A stretch of DNA of 63,945 nucleotides, filler included, from Reclinomonas americana ATCC 50394 (GCA_048213135.1; 15 parts of 15 records of this genome joined end to end with filler, not necessarily neighbours in it); one strand, 5' to 3'; positions 1 to 12,934 are shown, counted from the first letter of the whole stretch. Numbers and translations: made by a program. The notes: generated from the letters alone by a model not told the origin.

Positions 1-453
1 CAAGGGAGGAACGTAAAGACAAAGAGGAACACAAAGAAGGGCAAGCAAAGCGAGAATGCAAGCACAGAGAGAGAGAGAGAAAGCAGAGTCTGTGAAGAAT
101 GCATTGAGAGGAAGACAGGAAGGGAAACGCAAAGACAAAGAGGAGCGCAATGCTAGGAAGAGCAGCGACAGCGCAAGAGAGCGAGCGTGCAAATAGGGAG
201 GAACGCAAAGACAATGAAGAACATAACGAGAAGGGAATGCAAAGCGAGAATGCAAGCACAGGGAGAGAGAGAGAGAGAGAGAGAGAGCAGAGTGTCTGAG
301 GAATGCATTGAGAGGAAGACATGAAGGGGAACGCAAAGACAAAGAGGAGCGGAGAGCAGCTACAGGGCAAGAGAGTGTACATGCAGGAGAGGAAGAGAGA
401 ACAGCAAAGACAGAGAGGAACATAACGAGAAGGGAATGCAAAGCGAGAATGAC

Positions 454-484
<31 letters not shown>

Positions 485-650
485 AGAGTCTGTGAGGAAT
501 GCATTGAGAGGAAGACAGGAAGGGAAACGCAAAGACAAAGAGGAGCGCAATGCAGCGACAGCGCAAGAGAGTGTACATGCAGGAGAAGAAGAGACAACAG
601 CAAAGACAGAGAGGGAGACACTGTGAGGCATGCATTCAGAGGAGAGGAGA
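1..650. repeat. Purine-rich degenerate tandem repeat (~200-bp units) with GA microsatellites, probably intronic
   Basis: The block GCAGAGTCTGTGARGAATGCATTGAGAGGAAGAC recurs near 84, 287 and 483; AACGCAAAGACAAAGAGGAGCG also recurs. Confidence 0.75.
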
Positions 651-694
651 CACTGCATGCACACACACAGAGTCAAGTCCCACCAACACCGCAC

Positions 695-1029
695 CTGCAT
701 CATCCTCAGCGACTGCACGCACACACACGCACAGTGAGAGACAAGTGAAGAAATGAGAGGGAAAATCACACTAAACACAATGCACGCAACTGATTCGATT
801 GACTTCTGCTCTCATCTCATGTCGCACAGAGTCGAGGTCTTTGCCAAGGCGCTGCTCGACCTCTTGACGCACCTGTTTTGTGAAGAGAGAGAGTCAGAGA
901 GTGAGAGAAGACGTTCTTTTCTCTCTTTGTGTGAGGGTGACTGACCATGCGAAAGGTGACTTCCACTGCAGGATCTGCGCGCAACTCGCGCACAACAGCG
1001 CGCAGCACTGTCACTGTCTCCTCGTCCAT
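695..1029 (-). CDS. DEK C-terminal domain protein (UAF30/SWIB-type N-terminus), first exons only
   Basis: Exons 1029-946, 872-791 and 712-695 joined by GT-AG introns give MDEETVTVLRAVVRELRADPAVEVTFRMVRQEVEQRLGKDLDSVRHEMRAEVNRIIAEDDA, which fits the DEK_C pattern (T.r.VR..vE..lg.DL). Confidence 0.7.
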
Positions 1030-1066
1030 TGTGAAAGAGACAGCGATGAGGAAAGAGTGAGACTGA

Positions 1067-1814
1067 GGGTTACCGAGCGCGGATTTTCACAAAACGCGAG
1101 GTAACTCTTTAGCAAAGCATGGGAAAGTGTTTGCTGAATTAAGAGGATTGGGGAGAATACGCGCAGTGAACAGAAGGCGGTGAGCGAGCGGGTTGCCACA
1201 AGCCGGGGCGTGCACAAGTCGATTTTCAAGCTCTGTAATTAACCCTTACAGCAGTCGCTGTTCAATTGTGAAAGCGTTCCTTTTCATCAAGGGTGGTTGC
1301 CTAGATGCTACATCGATGTGCCTCTCCGTTAGCTACTCGAAGGAAACGAGTTGCCATGGATTTCAAGCACGGCAACCCTCACAGCAGTCGCTGTTCAATT
1401 GAGAAAGCGTTTCTGTTCATGCATAACTGTTTTGTATGTGCTAATGGCGAGTATGCCTATGTGCTTCTTCGTCAGCCGCGCTTAGAAACGGGTTACCACA
1501 AGGTCCTTTCACGGTAACCCTCATAACAATCGCTGTTCAACTGGGAAAGTGTTTCTTTTCGCGCATAACTGTTTTGTATGTGCTAATGGCGAGTATGCCT
1601 ATGTGCTTCTTTGTCAGCCGCGCTTAGAAAACGGGTTACCAAGGACTTCAAGCTCGGTAACCCTCACAGCAATCACTGTGCAATTGATAAAGTGTTCCTT
1701 TTCGCCCAGAATTGCGTAGGTGCTTTCGGTGAGTTTCCCTATGTGCTTCTCCGCCTGCCACGCATGGAAAACGGGTTGTCTCGACTGGGCGCGGAATTTC
1801 ATGCAAGGTGACCC
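1067..1814. repeat. Array of six ~125-160-bp units, each with an inverted GGGTTRCC...GGYAACCC pair, filling a bidirectional promoter
   Basis: Left arms at 1067, 1190, 1348, 1490, 1633, 1773; right arms at 1100, ~1238, 1371, 1513, 1656, 1807. A shared body resembling AACCCTCACAGCAGTCGCTGTTCAATTG-GAAAGYGTTYCTTTTC is present in four units. Confidence 0.85.
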
Positions 1815-1829
1815 TCAATCACATCACAA

Positions 1830-2954
1830 ATGATCAGGTGAGCGACCGCGCATCCCCTCCTCCTCCGCTGACGCACTGCTCTCACGCCATCCACACACAC
1901 AGTGAGCAAGTCATATCATTCCTCGGTCAGTCCCTCTCTCCCTCCCTCTCTCTCCCTCTCTCCCTCTCACTCTCACTCTCAATTACTCAGGCTGCGGCAA
2001 CATGAGCGGCGCACTTGTCCGCGGCCTCGTGCGCGCAGGCACCGTGGCGCCCACCCAAATCCACATTGTCGGGCGCACCGAGGTACACACCGCGCCACTG
2101 GCCGAGGAACTGACGGGCGTGCACGTGGCACCGTCCACAGTCGCCGCCTGCGAGGCCTGCTCCGTGGCCGTCATCGGTGTCAAGCCAGACGCAGTCGCCA
2201 CACTGCTGGACGAGTGCGGTGGCAGCTTGAGCGGGCGACTGGTGATCTCGATTGTGGCGGGCATGTCGATTGCGGGTCTGGAGGAGCGGTTGCCGGAGGA
2301 TGCGCGCGTGGTGCGCGTCATGCCGAATGTGTGCTGTCAGGTGGGCCAGGCGGCGACAATGATTGCGCCGGGGAGTAGGTGCACGGCGGAGGATGTGCAG
2401 ATGGCCAAGGCGATGTTTGAGAGCGTGGGCACGGTGCATCTGCTGGACGAGTACAAGATTGTTGCGCGCGAAGTATCGGAAGTTTCTTCGTGGTTGAGGT
2501 GTGCTTGCTGACGTGTTGTCGCAGAATGTGTTTACGGGGCTCGTGGGCAGCGGTCCGGCGTACGTGTTCACGTTCATCGAGTCGCTGGCGGCTGGCGGAG
2601 TGCTGCGTGGCCTTCCGCCGGCACTGGCCACCGAGTTGGTCACCCAAGTCGTGCGTCGCGTGCTTGCTGCGTGCGAGTGTGAGTGTGTGTTGAATGGGTG
2701 CGTGCAGGTCCTCGGAGCGGCGACCATGGTGAAGAGCTCGGGACAGCACCCTGCGGCGCTGCGTGATGCAGGTGCGCCATGTTGCCTGTGTATGGTGTGC
2801 ATTTGGGTGAGCTAACGACGAGTTGCGCGCAGTGACGAGTGCCGGTGGAACCACGATTCACGGACTGCATGCGCTGGAGGAGGGTGGCTTTAGAGCGGCG
2901 TGTATGAATGCGGTGAATGCGGCGTCTGCGCGTGCGGCTGAGTTGTTCAAGTGA
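1830..2954 (+). CDS. proC: Pyrroline-5-carboxylate reductase (multi-exon)
   Basis: Spliced protein [19 protein letters not shown]...IGVKP...ISIVAG...VVRVMPN...[19 protein letters not shown]...[25 protein letters not shown]; stop TGA at 2952-2954; five GT-AG introns. Confidence 0.95.
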
Positions 2955-3157
2955 AAGCGAGTGGATCAATGCAGGGAATTATCGAAACAGCAGCAGTTCA
3001 CGGGTTAGCACAGGCAGGGGGCATAGTCTAAAGGCCAAATGTTGTGCTGTGTCAGCCTGGTCCACCAAGCACTTCGAGCCTCCAAGGGGTAACCAACGCG
3101 ACGTGTCCTGCAGTCACACTCGTCATTCAGGCCATCCGTCGCGTGTGCAGACGACGG

Positions 3158-6100
3158 ATGTCGGGGAAGAGAGGCCCATTGGCTGCCGCTGGTGGTACTG
3201 CTTCCTCGGCAGCCCGAGGGTTGTCATCGCCACAGTTTCACGTTGCTCCTATTGCCGAGGGTCCGCAGCTGGATGAGACACAAATTGACACGCGAATCCC
3301 CCGCTCACCTGGACTACGCGAGGACGATCCTGTGTTGGCACATGTGCGCGTGGCAGTGCATGGTGCGAGTCTGGATATGCAGGCGAGCATGCGAGCGCTC
3401 ATGATTGCAATGATGCTTGCGATCTTACTCGTTTCTGCTGTGACCAGAGTGTGATTGACAAGGTGGGCGACTACGAGGTTCTGCAAGTTGAGGCTGCATT
3501 CATGGCAGCGGACTTGGAGAACATCGATCGAGCGCGGAAAGTGCTCCGGTTGCGTCACTGCGTTTGTGTTTGTCCGTGTTGCCGTGCTCACATCCGCACG
3601 CATACGCAGTGCGCTGATCTACAAGCACGGAATGCTGCACAGTTGCGTTCGCAACGGTGAGCCGTTGCTGCACCGCATCGTCATGCGGAACAACAGAGAC
3701 GTGAGTGTCTGCGTTTCGGCTTCCTCTGTTATGCATGGACGCTCACTCTTGCCTGATCAGCTTGTCCACGAGATGCTGTCACTCGGAGGCAATGCCGACG
3801 AAACCATCAAGGAGGCCATTGTTTCGTGCATACCATGCACCCACAGCGTTCGTGCTCGCTCGTATGTTGACGTCGTTTGTGTCGTGCAGCGCACTGGCAA
3901 CGAGGAGGCAGCCCTCGAATGCACGCAGATGGGAACGAACTTATACACGATTGTCGAGAGCGACGGCAACTCGCTGCTGCAGTTGGTGAGCCTCGCAGTA
4001 GCTCGTTGAGAATGCTTGATCGCGTCGGACTCACTTGCCTGTTGTGCAGACTGCGCTCTACAAATTGCCGAAACTGTTCGAGGCAATGGCACGGCGACTG
4101 ACTGACAGTGAACGCAACCCATTCGGCACTGTGGCTGCGTATCTGGCACACAGGAACTTTACTGGCGGCAATGTGGTGCACTGCATCGTCGAGGAACGGT
4201 AAGGTGCCCGCGTTGGCGAAAATGGTCAACAACGTCTGTCTACGCGCTGCTCACGGTTCTGTTCAGGTCGCTGATGGAACGATTCGACGATTCGCTTAGC
4301 ACTGCCGCCACAAGTGCTGCTGCTGGATCGTCCTCTTCTCCACAGGTGCATATGCTGCGAACACTGAAACAGCTGGACGAGAAACAGTTCGGCGACTTGG
4401 TGAGTGGATGCAGATTCTGAACAGTTGCCAGGAGAGCATGCTGATGACTACTTTTCGCTCGCATAGTGTAACTTGGAGGACAACCAAGGATGTGTGCCGT
4501 ACGAAGTTGCATCGATGGAGTACGCCGAGATGTTGGCGCCGTACACTCACAAGGTACACACGGCCCCCTTATACACACTCCTCTTGTTGTGAATTGTCGA
4601 CATGTTCATCTGCTGCTTTCCAGCGACCTCTGCGTCCGCCATCACATCAGTCGCCAAGCCGTCTGCGAAGCGGTGAACAGCACCCTCTGGATCCGTTCAT
4701 CCACTCACGGCAATACAAGGTCCGTGCATCGTGCGACCCACATGATGGAAGCGCTGATCTGCTTACCGTTCGCCGTCCACAGTACGTGCTGGAAGTTTTG
4801 GAGATGCCGAAGAACGCAGGATCGCGGGGTGAAGTCACGTTGATTGCATCCGGCAGCGACAAGCATGAGCCATTGCTGAGGTTTGTGAGTAGCCGACCAC
4901 ATGGTGATATCTCACTTCCAGGTCTCCTCACAACACCATGTAAAACAGAGAGCTTTTGAGGCGCTTCGTGGACTATGTCGAATGGCGCCGAGACGATGAC
5001 TTCCAAGAGACACCACTTCATGTGGCAACTGCATCCTCGGCACATCAGGTAGCGTTTGCACTCTCTTCATTCTCTTCATCTCACGGCTCTCTGCCTACAA
5101 TGACGATGTGCGTGCAGTGTGTGGCGACGCTGCTCGAGTTTGGTGCAAATGTCGACGCTGAAGATTCACAGGGTGATACGCCAGTATCGTTCTCTGTCGA
5201 GCTGGGCGACGAGCGAATGTTTGAGATGCTTTCCGTCAGAAGTGCGTGTTTGCCAAGTGACTGGCCACGCAGACCCTTCACTAACTCTCACGGTGATGTG
5301 ACATGCACATAGGTCGGCGCCTTTACGAATATAACAACTCGCACGAAACACTGCTGCATGAAGCTGTGGCTACGGGCAGCCTTGGAATCATGCAACGACT
5401 TCTCAGTGGATTCAAGAGCAGCACCAGCTTCAAGACGGTTCACGACTTTGTGATGGCCGGCGATGAGGACAACGTGACAGTATTGCACTCGGCCATGTTT
5501 GCGGCGTTGCGTAAATCGTTGCAGTTGTGCGCATGCTTCACTGCGGATTGCTGATTGATGGTCTGAGGACGACAGGCGGACGCTAAAGGTGAACAGCTGG
5601 CGCACACATCGACTAACCGAGGCTCCACTGTCACCGCGTAGCCGAGAGTCACTGTTGGAGCGATTTGGATCTCCGCTCTCGTCGCCCTTGGGCGACTCAA
5701 TGACCAGTGAGGACATGGACGGTGAGTGCACAGCTCGCTCTGTTGCGTTCTGTTGCTCACAACACTGACGCAGGTGCTGATGCACTGTACAAGGTGGACG
5801 TGGATCCTCTGCAACCCGCAGATGTCGAAAGACAGATAGAACTGTTGCGCGCTCTGTGGACAGGTGGACGATGTGGACCGGCAGATGTGAGTCCAAAGCA
5901 CCGATCCACGCTTGTTGTCTTTTCAAGAGCGGATACTGATACAGTGCGCGTATCTTCTTGTTCCTCCGCGTGTGCTGTGCAATCAATAGCTGTTGCATAG
6001 CGATAACAGCGGCAGTCTGCCTATTCACTACGCAGCCAAAGCAGACGATGCAGCTTCTGTGGAGTTCATGCTGGTCACGGGGCGACTGAACCCCGATGTT

Positions 6101-9100
6101 TGCATGATGGAGCCGGCAAGAGTCGGGGCGACTCCGCTGGGCATCGCGGCTGCGTTGCGACACGCAGAAGTCTTGCGTGTGCTGCTGGATCATGGTGCTG
6201 GCGTGGATGTGCCGGATGCCTCGGGTCGACGTCCTCTGTACCTGGCGTGCAAGTCTGGTGCGTCTGCAGGGTATTCACTTGCTACGAGGTTTAGCTGCCC
6301 TTCTCATTTTCCGCATGCAGGAGCAATCGAGTGCGTGCGATTGTTGCTCGAGGCCGGTGCCGCAATCGAAGCGACCGTGTCACGGAAGAAAGGCGGAGAG
6401 TTGACGGCAGTGGACGCGTGTGTGCAAAGCCGGCATTCGAACGAGGCCAGCACGTGCCTCGAGATGCTGCTTAGGCAAGGTGAGATGCAAAGTAAGATGA
6501 TGACATATGTGCTCAAACTCAATTGAGGGCTTCTCCTCGGGCGCCTTCTAGGTGTTCCACCCAGCATTCGGGCTAGAGTCATGGATGCCGACACTGGAAA
6601 AATTGTTGAAGACGTGAAGCGTACGTTGCTCTACACCCGAAACGGTGCACATGAGCTCGTGAAGGAAATGGAGGTGCGTGACACGTTATTCGTGTGCAGA
6701 GGCCTGCACATGCGACAGGGAAGCACGCATTGCCAGACTTCAGCGCGATCTAATTTCATCACAGGACGAATGTGACCAAGCTCAACGTTTCACTGAAGCG
6801 CTCACCGTCACTACCCAGCAACTGAGACTGGAACTGTCATCCACCACCGCAGACCGTAATCGTCTCCAGAAGGCGTTCGCTGACGTTGAAATCGCGGCTG
6901 CCATCTCCGCCGCCGAGTGCAGAGACCTACGACAAAAGGTGGAGGAGATGGAAGGCCAGCTGCGTGCTCTCTTCCTCATGGATTTTCTCAGGTTTCTTGT
7001 TAATTACGTCGATGACGCTCCTGTATTTGACGTTTCACTTTTCTGTCAAACGCACAGCGACCGCCGTCCAATCTTGATGCTCACCGAAATCGTGCATGAG
7101 ATCATTCCTCTGGCACTCGGCTCTCTGCTACAACAACTCGTCAGTCGGTTCTTTCCTGGCGAATATGATATTGAGCAACTCTGCCTTCCTGCTCCGCCGC
7201 CGAGGTTGCAGTCGATTGCCTTTCCGATATGTTAGTTACCGTCACTTACATTCCGATTTGCAGATACTGTCGGATGACACTGGATAGACGCGGAAACATT
7301 CGCATGCGCTCTGTCGAGTTATATCCTTCCAACTACAAGGCAATCCGCGAATTCAAGCAAAGTGGAGTGACGACGGGCATGGATGTGTCGTTGCTGAGTA
7401 CGCTGCTGCTGTACACAACTTTCGTCTGTACCTCCACTTGCCATGATGGCGATCTGATGGACAGCCTCGTACGCCTCGATCGTGGCACACACAAAGACCG
7501 ATTGGCTGTGCCACTGCTCGCTGACCCGGCTAAAGTATGTCTCTGTTGTCCATCGGATGATCATCTTGTTTGACACGTTTCTCTGTAGATTCGAGCCGTG
7601 GAGAACTTGCGAGACGTGCGGCATCGTGTGTCTCACCTGGCCCGTCTGTCAGCATTGGAAGACACGGAGTACGTGAGCGTAATGCGGTTGGTTCGCGATT
7701 CACTTCACACTCTATTCCCCGATGGACAACACGAGAGCATACGACTCTTGTTCCGAGCATACGACAGTTCCGAATGCGCTCATCACAGCTCTGCGTTGTC
7801 GTTCATTTTTACTCATCCTTCAGTGCAGATGTTAGTCGAATCAATGTGACGGCCGAGTTGGTGAGGGAGAGAACTACCAAGTTCGCAATTCGAGCGCCGG
7901 TAGTGCCGTTCTCCGATTTGATGACTTCAAGACAACTTGCAATCGGTGACGCTTGTGTATGTGCTCGTGTCAGCGCCTTCCGGTGGTATGCATTCTCATC
8001 GCGTTGAGCTTCTGCGTAGGCCAAAATGCGATTTTTCATGCCACGCTTCGTCTCGGCGGTGTGCCGCAAACCGTTGCCTACAAGCGATACCTGGTGAGGC
8101 GACAGGCACGTGAGTTGCAGTCGGCGGACTGGAGACGCATCTACGAAATTTTCGAGAACGAGCACGCACTGTTGATGCAACTCGAGTTTCGTTGCTGTGC
8201 GATTGGTGTGCTCCATTGCCATCCATGGTAGTCATGAATCTGTGTTCGAGTTGTAGTCACCCACACATTGTGAAGCTGATGGCCGAGTGCAACGACGATC
8301 CAAGTGGTCTCGGTCTTGTTCTTGAGTTTGTTGGACGGGAAGAGGAGGATGGCGATGCCGAGACGCTGCATGATCTTGTGAGAGACGGGCAATTGACGAC
8401 CCTACAGCTGCTCTGTCTGCTCTTGCAAGTGGCGTCGGCGGTGGTCTACATGCATTCGCGTCGAGTTGTACATCGTGATTTGAAACCGCAGAGTTGCGTT
8501 TTGTGAGAACTGAGAATGATCATGGCAGAACAATAGTGCATGTGGAGAGAGTGCTGCGAGAAACTGAAAGAGGGAGTTCGTTCTGGCGACTTAGAGCACC
8601 TGTATTGCTGACGTCGATAGGTGACCAAGCTTCTCCCCATGTCGATGCTGGTGTCAGTACTCACCTCACACCTGGCATACAGATATTCTAATCAGCGACG
8701 ACCGAAGTGTTGCAAAGGTGTGCGACTTTGGGGAGGCAAAAATCCATGGGACACTTGGAAAAATGCAGTCGAACCACGGCACAGCTGCGTATGCAGCACC
8801 CGAGGCCATGCTGGACCAGGAGGTATGTGTTCCTCCGTGGTGTGTTGCAGTCTGTCGCACTCTTGCGTTATGAGTGGTTTTGTCAAGTGTTTGTTTGCCT
8901 CTCGCAGTACGACGAACGAGCGGACGTGTATGCACTTGGTTCACTTCTCTGGTTCATTGCCACTCGCCGAGAACCTTTCAGTGGAGTGACGCTGCCAGGC
9001 ATCATGCGCAACATGCATGACAAGGTCTCGCCTGGCAACCTGGATGATGAGGATGTGCGAGCAGCCGTGTCGGAGGATATTCGCAGTCTGATTCGCCAGT

Positions 9101-9277
9101 GCTGGGTTCCGTGTGGGTGCAGAGTTCATAAGTGTCTGGCGACGTGCGCTAATTTCTCTTTTGTTACAGAGGCCTCAGTCTACACGCGTGTCGTCGTCGT
9201 ATGTGCACGACGAACTGAAGCGCATTCTTGAGGCGGCGGGAGAAGCTGACGCAGCGCCGGCTGGGCCGTCACAGTGA
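3158..9277 (+). CDS. Ankyrin-repeat / coiled-coil / HEPN-like / TKL-type protein kinase (~20 exons)
   Basis: Ankyrin motifs QETPLHVA, GANVDAEDSQGDTP, GSLPIHYAA, GATPLGIAA, GRRPLYLAC; coiled coil at ~6700-6970; kinase motifs VAYK, HPHIVKL, HRDLKPQN, VCDFG, GTAAYAAPE, ADVYALG, LIRQCW; stop at 9275-9277. Confidence 0.9.
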
Positions 9278-10464
9278 ACTTCTGAGGAATCCGAAATGTT
9301 AATCTGCTCGCTGCTGCAATGCACAGCGGTGCAAGAAACTGAACAACACCAGTACACAAGTTTGAGCATTAAGTGTGCTGTAGATATACGCATGGTGTAC
9401 ATTGTTCCCCAAAGGCACACTGAACACCCGGACAGTCCTGCTCGCCGACTGTTAAAGGGGGTGGGGGGGTGCTGGTCAACTTGCGACGGCCGCCGGTGGT
9501 GCATTTCATGGTTTAATTCAGCACGGTGAATTGGTATGCGTAGATTGACTCTCGCCCTACAGGTATGCAAAGCAAGAAGGCGAACGGAGTTGGCACCGAT
9601 GAACGGCATCGCTCGGTCGGTGGCTCTACGTTCACTGGTTTTTAGACGCGAAGGTGGTGGCGGGAAGCCGCAGGAGTGCAAGGAGTGCTGCCTTTTGCAG
9701 GAGACAGCTTCCACATGGGTCGGTACAAGTACCTAGACGGGAAGAGAGGGATGGACACGCTTGCTGCGTGATCTGTGGTCACCGAACACAGGTGCACTTC
9801 GCACTCCTGGATTCTCCGGGATGCGTCGCAAAAGATGCGTGGTGCGCCGCACTGCACAGACGATATGCGGCATCGATGCCAGGCACGAAGCTGCGTCTGC
9901 AGGTGCTGCTGTGATCGCCAGTGCAAACGGCACAGAGCGGGTACACCCCAAGTGCTGCGTGGAAGAGTCGGAAAATTACGCGATCCCGGAAGCGGGACGC
10001 TGATTTCTCTGTGCCATCGTTTATCACGCGCGCTTCTTGCTTGCAGTGCTGTGACATGATGCGAGGAGTGCTGCTCTGAATGACTGTGCACTCTGCATTC
10101 TGTGTGTGACATTCACAGAAATGCGGTCGGCATCTCGGTCAGGTGTGTGTGTGGGTGAACTTTGTCACCCGCGTGTGGCGCTTGCTCCGCCACGCAGCAG
10201 CATCACACGTGCTGCATATTCCCACAGCGTGCAAGAATGCATATACACGGAGGCCGAAGAAATAAGAGGGCTGAGAGAGAGTGAGGGAGAGCGAGAGAGA
10301 GATGCCGAGGATGAGGTAGGTCGCCTCTCTCGATCCACAGTGAGGTGAGTAGCAGAGAAACACATGGCTGGTGGGTCGCTATGAGAGGGTTGTGCACAGC
10401 GCGAAGAGCGAGAGAAGGTGTCTCATGCATTCAGCTCTGAGAGGAGAGATGGCATTGGTCTCAC

Positions 10465-10751
10465 AGTTGCATGTGGAGAGATCGACTCAGAGAGGGAGAA
10501 GGCGGTGAGCGAGAACAGGAGTCGACACAGCGAGGAGGGAAGGGTGCTGCAGTGGTGGATGTATCGCATCTCAGCACACAGTGAGGGAGGTATCTCCGGT
10601 TCCTCACTGTTGCATGTGGAGATCGACTCAAGAGAGGGATGGGGCGGTGAGAGAGAACTGGAATCGACACAGCGAGAGGGGGGAGGGTGCTGCAGTGGTG
10701 GATGCATTGCATCTCAGCACACAGTGAGGGAGGTATCTCCGGTTCCTCACA
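10465..10751. repeat. Tandem duplication of ~143 bp at contig end
   Basis: GTTGCATGTGGAGA...GGGTGCTGCAGTGGTGGATG...CAGCACACAGTGAGGGAGGTATCTCCGGTTCCTCAC occurs twice. Confidence 0.7.
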
Positions 10752-10879
10752 NNNNNNNNNNNNNNNNNNNNNNNNNNNNNNNNNNNNNNNNNNNNTTAAT
10801 TAATTAANNNNNNNNNNNNNNNNNNNNNNNNNNNNNNNNNNNNNNNNNNNNTCTCTCTCTTGCTCAGTCGCTCAGCACT

Positions 10880-12463
10880 CACCAATATTGACATAGATAA
10901 TGGTCGGAATCAGCAGCCCGTTGGTGAGGAAAACGGCGAGTGTGTGCTTGCCCCTGTAGTTGGCCATCTTGGTGCGCTGCACCGCCGGGCAACAGCGGCA
11001 CAAGCAACCGAATGTGTCGATCAGCGCCAGTCCAATGCCCTTGAAGCACGGCTGCGCCACTACCGGCGCATCCTCGGCCTTGTTGGGCACCGGTGCCGAC
11101 GACAGCAGAGCGTTGCCGCTGCGGGAGGCGCCGGCGCCGGTCCGCTCGCCCTCCTCACGGCCGTCACCCTCATCGCCTTCTGCATCGGGTGCGCGCATCA
11201 TCTCCGGCTCCACCTTGCTGCTGCCCTGCTCCTTGTTCTCCTCTCCTTCTCCTTCCTCCTCGGCGTCGCTGTCGACCTCGTCGCCGTCCACCAGACTGCT
11301 GAGTGAAACCGTGCGCATCTCCACATCTTCGGTGGCGGCACGCGACGCCGGTGCCGACTTGGCGAATTTGGGACTCTCGCGCAGCGTGAACACGCCGAGC
11401 AGCACGGCCATACTTGCCAGTGTGGAGGAGACCACGGACGGCAGCAGGAAGGGGAAGGAGCGGAAGAATGCATTGTCGAAGAGCGCCCAGTGGGCGGCGG
11501 GGTTGGCCAGTGCGCCGCCGACGAGCGGACCGGCCATGAGGCCTACATAAGTGGGTGAATGAGTGAGCGGGAAGGGATAAGGGAGAGAAAAGAGGCCATG
11601 TGGACTCACCCAACCCCCACATGCCCGACATGACGGAGAAGCCACGAGCCTGCGACAGAGACAATAAAATCGCAAGCAGATGCCGGTGCCACCACCTGTG
11701 TCACTAACCTGATTGGTGCTGTCGGTCAACTCGGCTGTGCCACACATGGTGGTGAGATGAAGAAGCATTGAACGAAGAACAACAGGGTGCATCTCACCGA
11801 GATATGTCTTGGCTTGTGCGACATTCCCGCTGAGCAAGCCGGCCAGGGAGCGGAAGACGACAGCCGACGCAAAGTTCACTGCCGCAACACGAGGAATTTA
11901 GTGGAAGAGAATTTGTGCAACAAAGCAAGTGCACGACTCACCAGAGAAGCCAAAGCCGAGCGAGGTAATAATGAGTCCTGAGAGCGGATGGGGTGAATGG
12001 ACAGAAAAGAGGAAAGGAGTTGGAGAGATCACGCACCGGTGGTCCCAAAGATGAGCACCGGCCGCCTGCCCACTCGATCTGCCAGCGAGCCAAAGTATGG
12101 GCCCGAAAAGAATTGCGACATGGCGAATGATCCGGCCAGGAAGCCTGTGAGGGTGGGGAGGGAAAGGATGGGAGTGAGGGAGAAGAGGGTGGAGGGGGAG
12201 GGCGGGTGAAGAGGAGAAGAATGGGGAGAGAAAGGGGTTGAAAACGCAGCACAAGACGGGCAAGAAAAGCGGAAGAGGAGGAGGAAGAAGAAAAACAAGA
12301 TGAAGAGGGAGGAGGGGGATTGAAGGGGGAGGGAGATGAGAAGGAGAGGAGAANNNNNNNNNNNNNNNNNNNNNNNNNNNNNNNNNNNNNNNNNNNNTTA
12401 ATTAATTAANNNNNNNNNNNNNNNNNNNNNNNNNNNNNNNNNNNNNNNNNNNNTCCTCTCTCT

Positions 12464-12525
<62 letters not shown>

Positions 12526-12934
12526 CCCTGTCTCTTTCCCTTCTCTCCCTTCTCACGCACCTGCCCAATAACCAATCGCACTCTTCTCATGCGCCATCCC
12601 AAAGAACTCAATCATACTCGGCAAGTACGGAAACACATTCGTCTTCACAAACCAACAGAGAAAGAGAGAGAGAGAGAGAGTGAGTGCAAAAGAGAAAAGA
12701 GAACACACATCATTTGACACAAACGCAACATAGTTGAATGACTGCACAATAAGAGTGAGAGGAGCAGTGAGAGAGAGGTGCATGTGTGTGTGTGTGTCTC
12801 ACCTCGCAAAACTGAATGAGTGCAATCACAAGCAACTGCTTCAACGGAAGTGGTGTTCTCTTCACTGAGGTGGGCGAAGAAGAAGGAGAAGAAGAAGTGA
12901 CGGGAATCGCCACTTGAGAGGCTCCGCGTAGCAT
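10880..12934 (-). CDS. MFS transporter, ZIFL/DHA1-like (3' end truncated, spans a gap)
   Basis: TPLPLKQLLVIALIQFCE, VFPYLPSMI, IGYWAGFLAGSFAMSQF, MFS motif A GSLADRVGRRPVL, RSLAGLLSGN, AELTDSTNQARGFS, GPLVGGALANPA, FPFLLP. Confidence 0.9.

Noticed and set aside
1067..1814. Array interpreted as CRISPR, integron attC sites or a repeated peptide ORF
   Set aside because: The inter-palindrome segments are homologous to one another (no unique spacers), there is no cas or integrase gene, the RYYYAAC/GTTRRRY ends are absent, and unit lengths break the reading frame.
5506..5580. Apparent in-frame TGA suggesting stop-codon reassignment
   Set aside because: It lies inside a normal GT-AG intron (5506-5575); TGA and TAA end several genes here.
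9390..10060. Possible small gene downstream of the kinase
   Set aside because: Several short frames with splice-like sites, but no recognisable motif or consistent exon chain.
10752..10851. Recurrent N-run + TTAATTAATTAA + N-run throughout the window
   Set aside because: Artificial 100-nt contig spacer with stops in all six frames; not biological.
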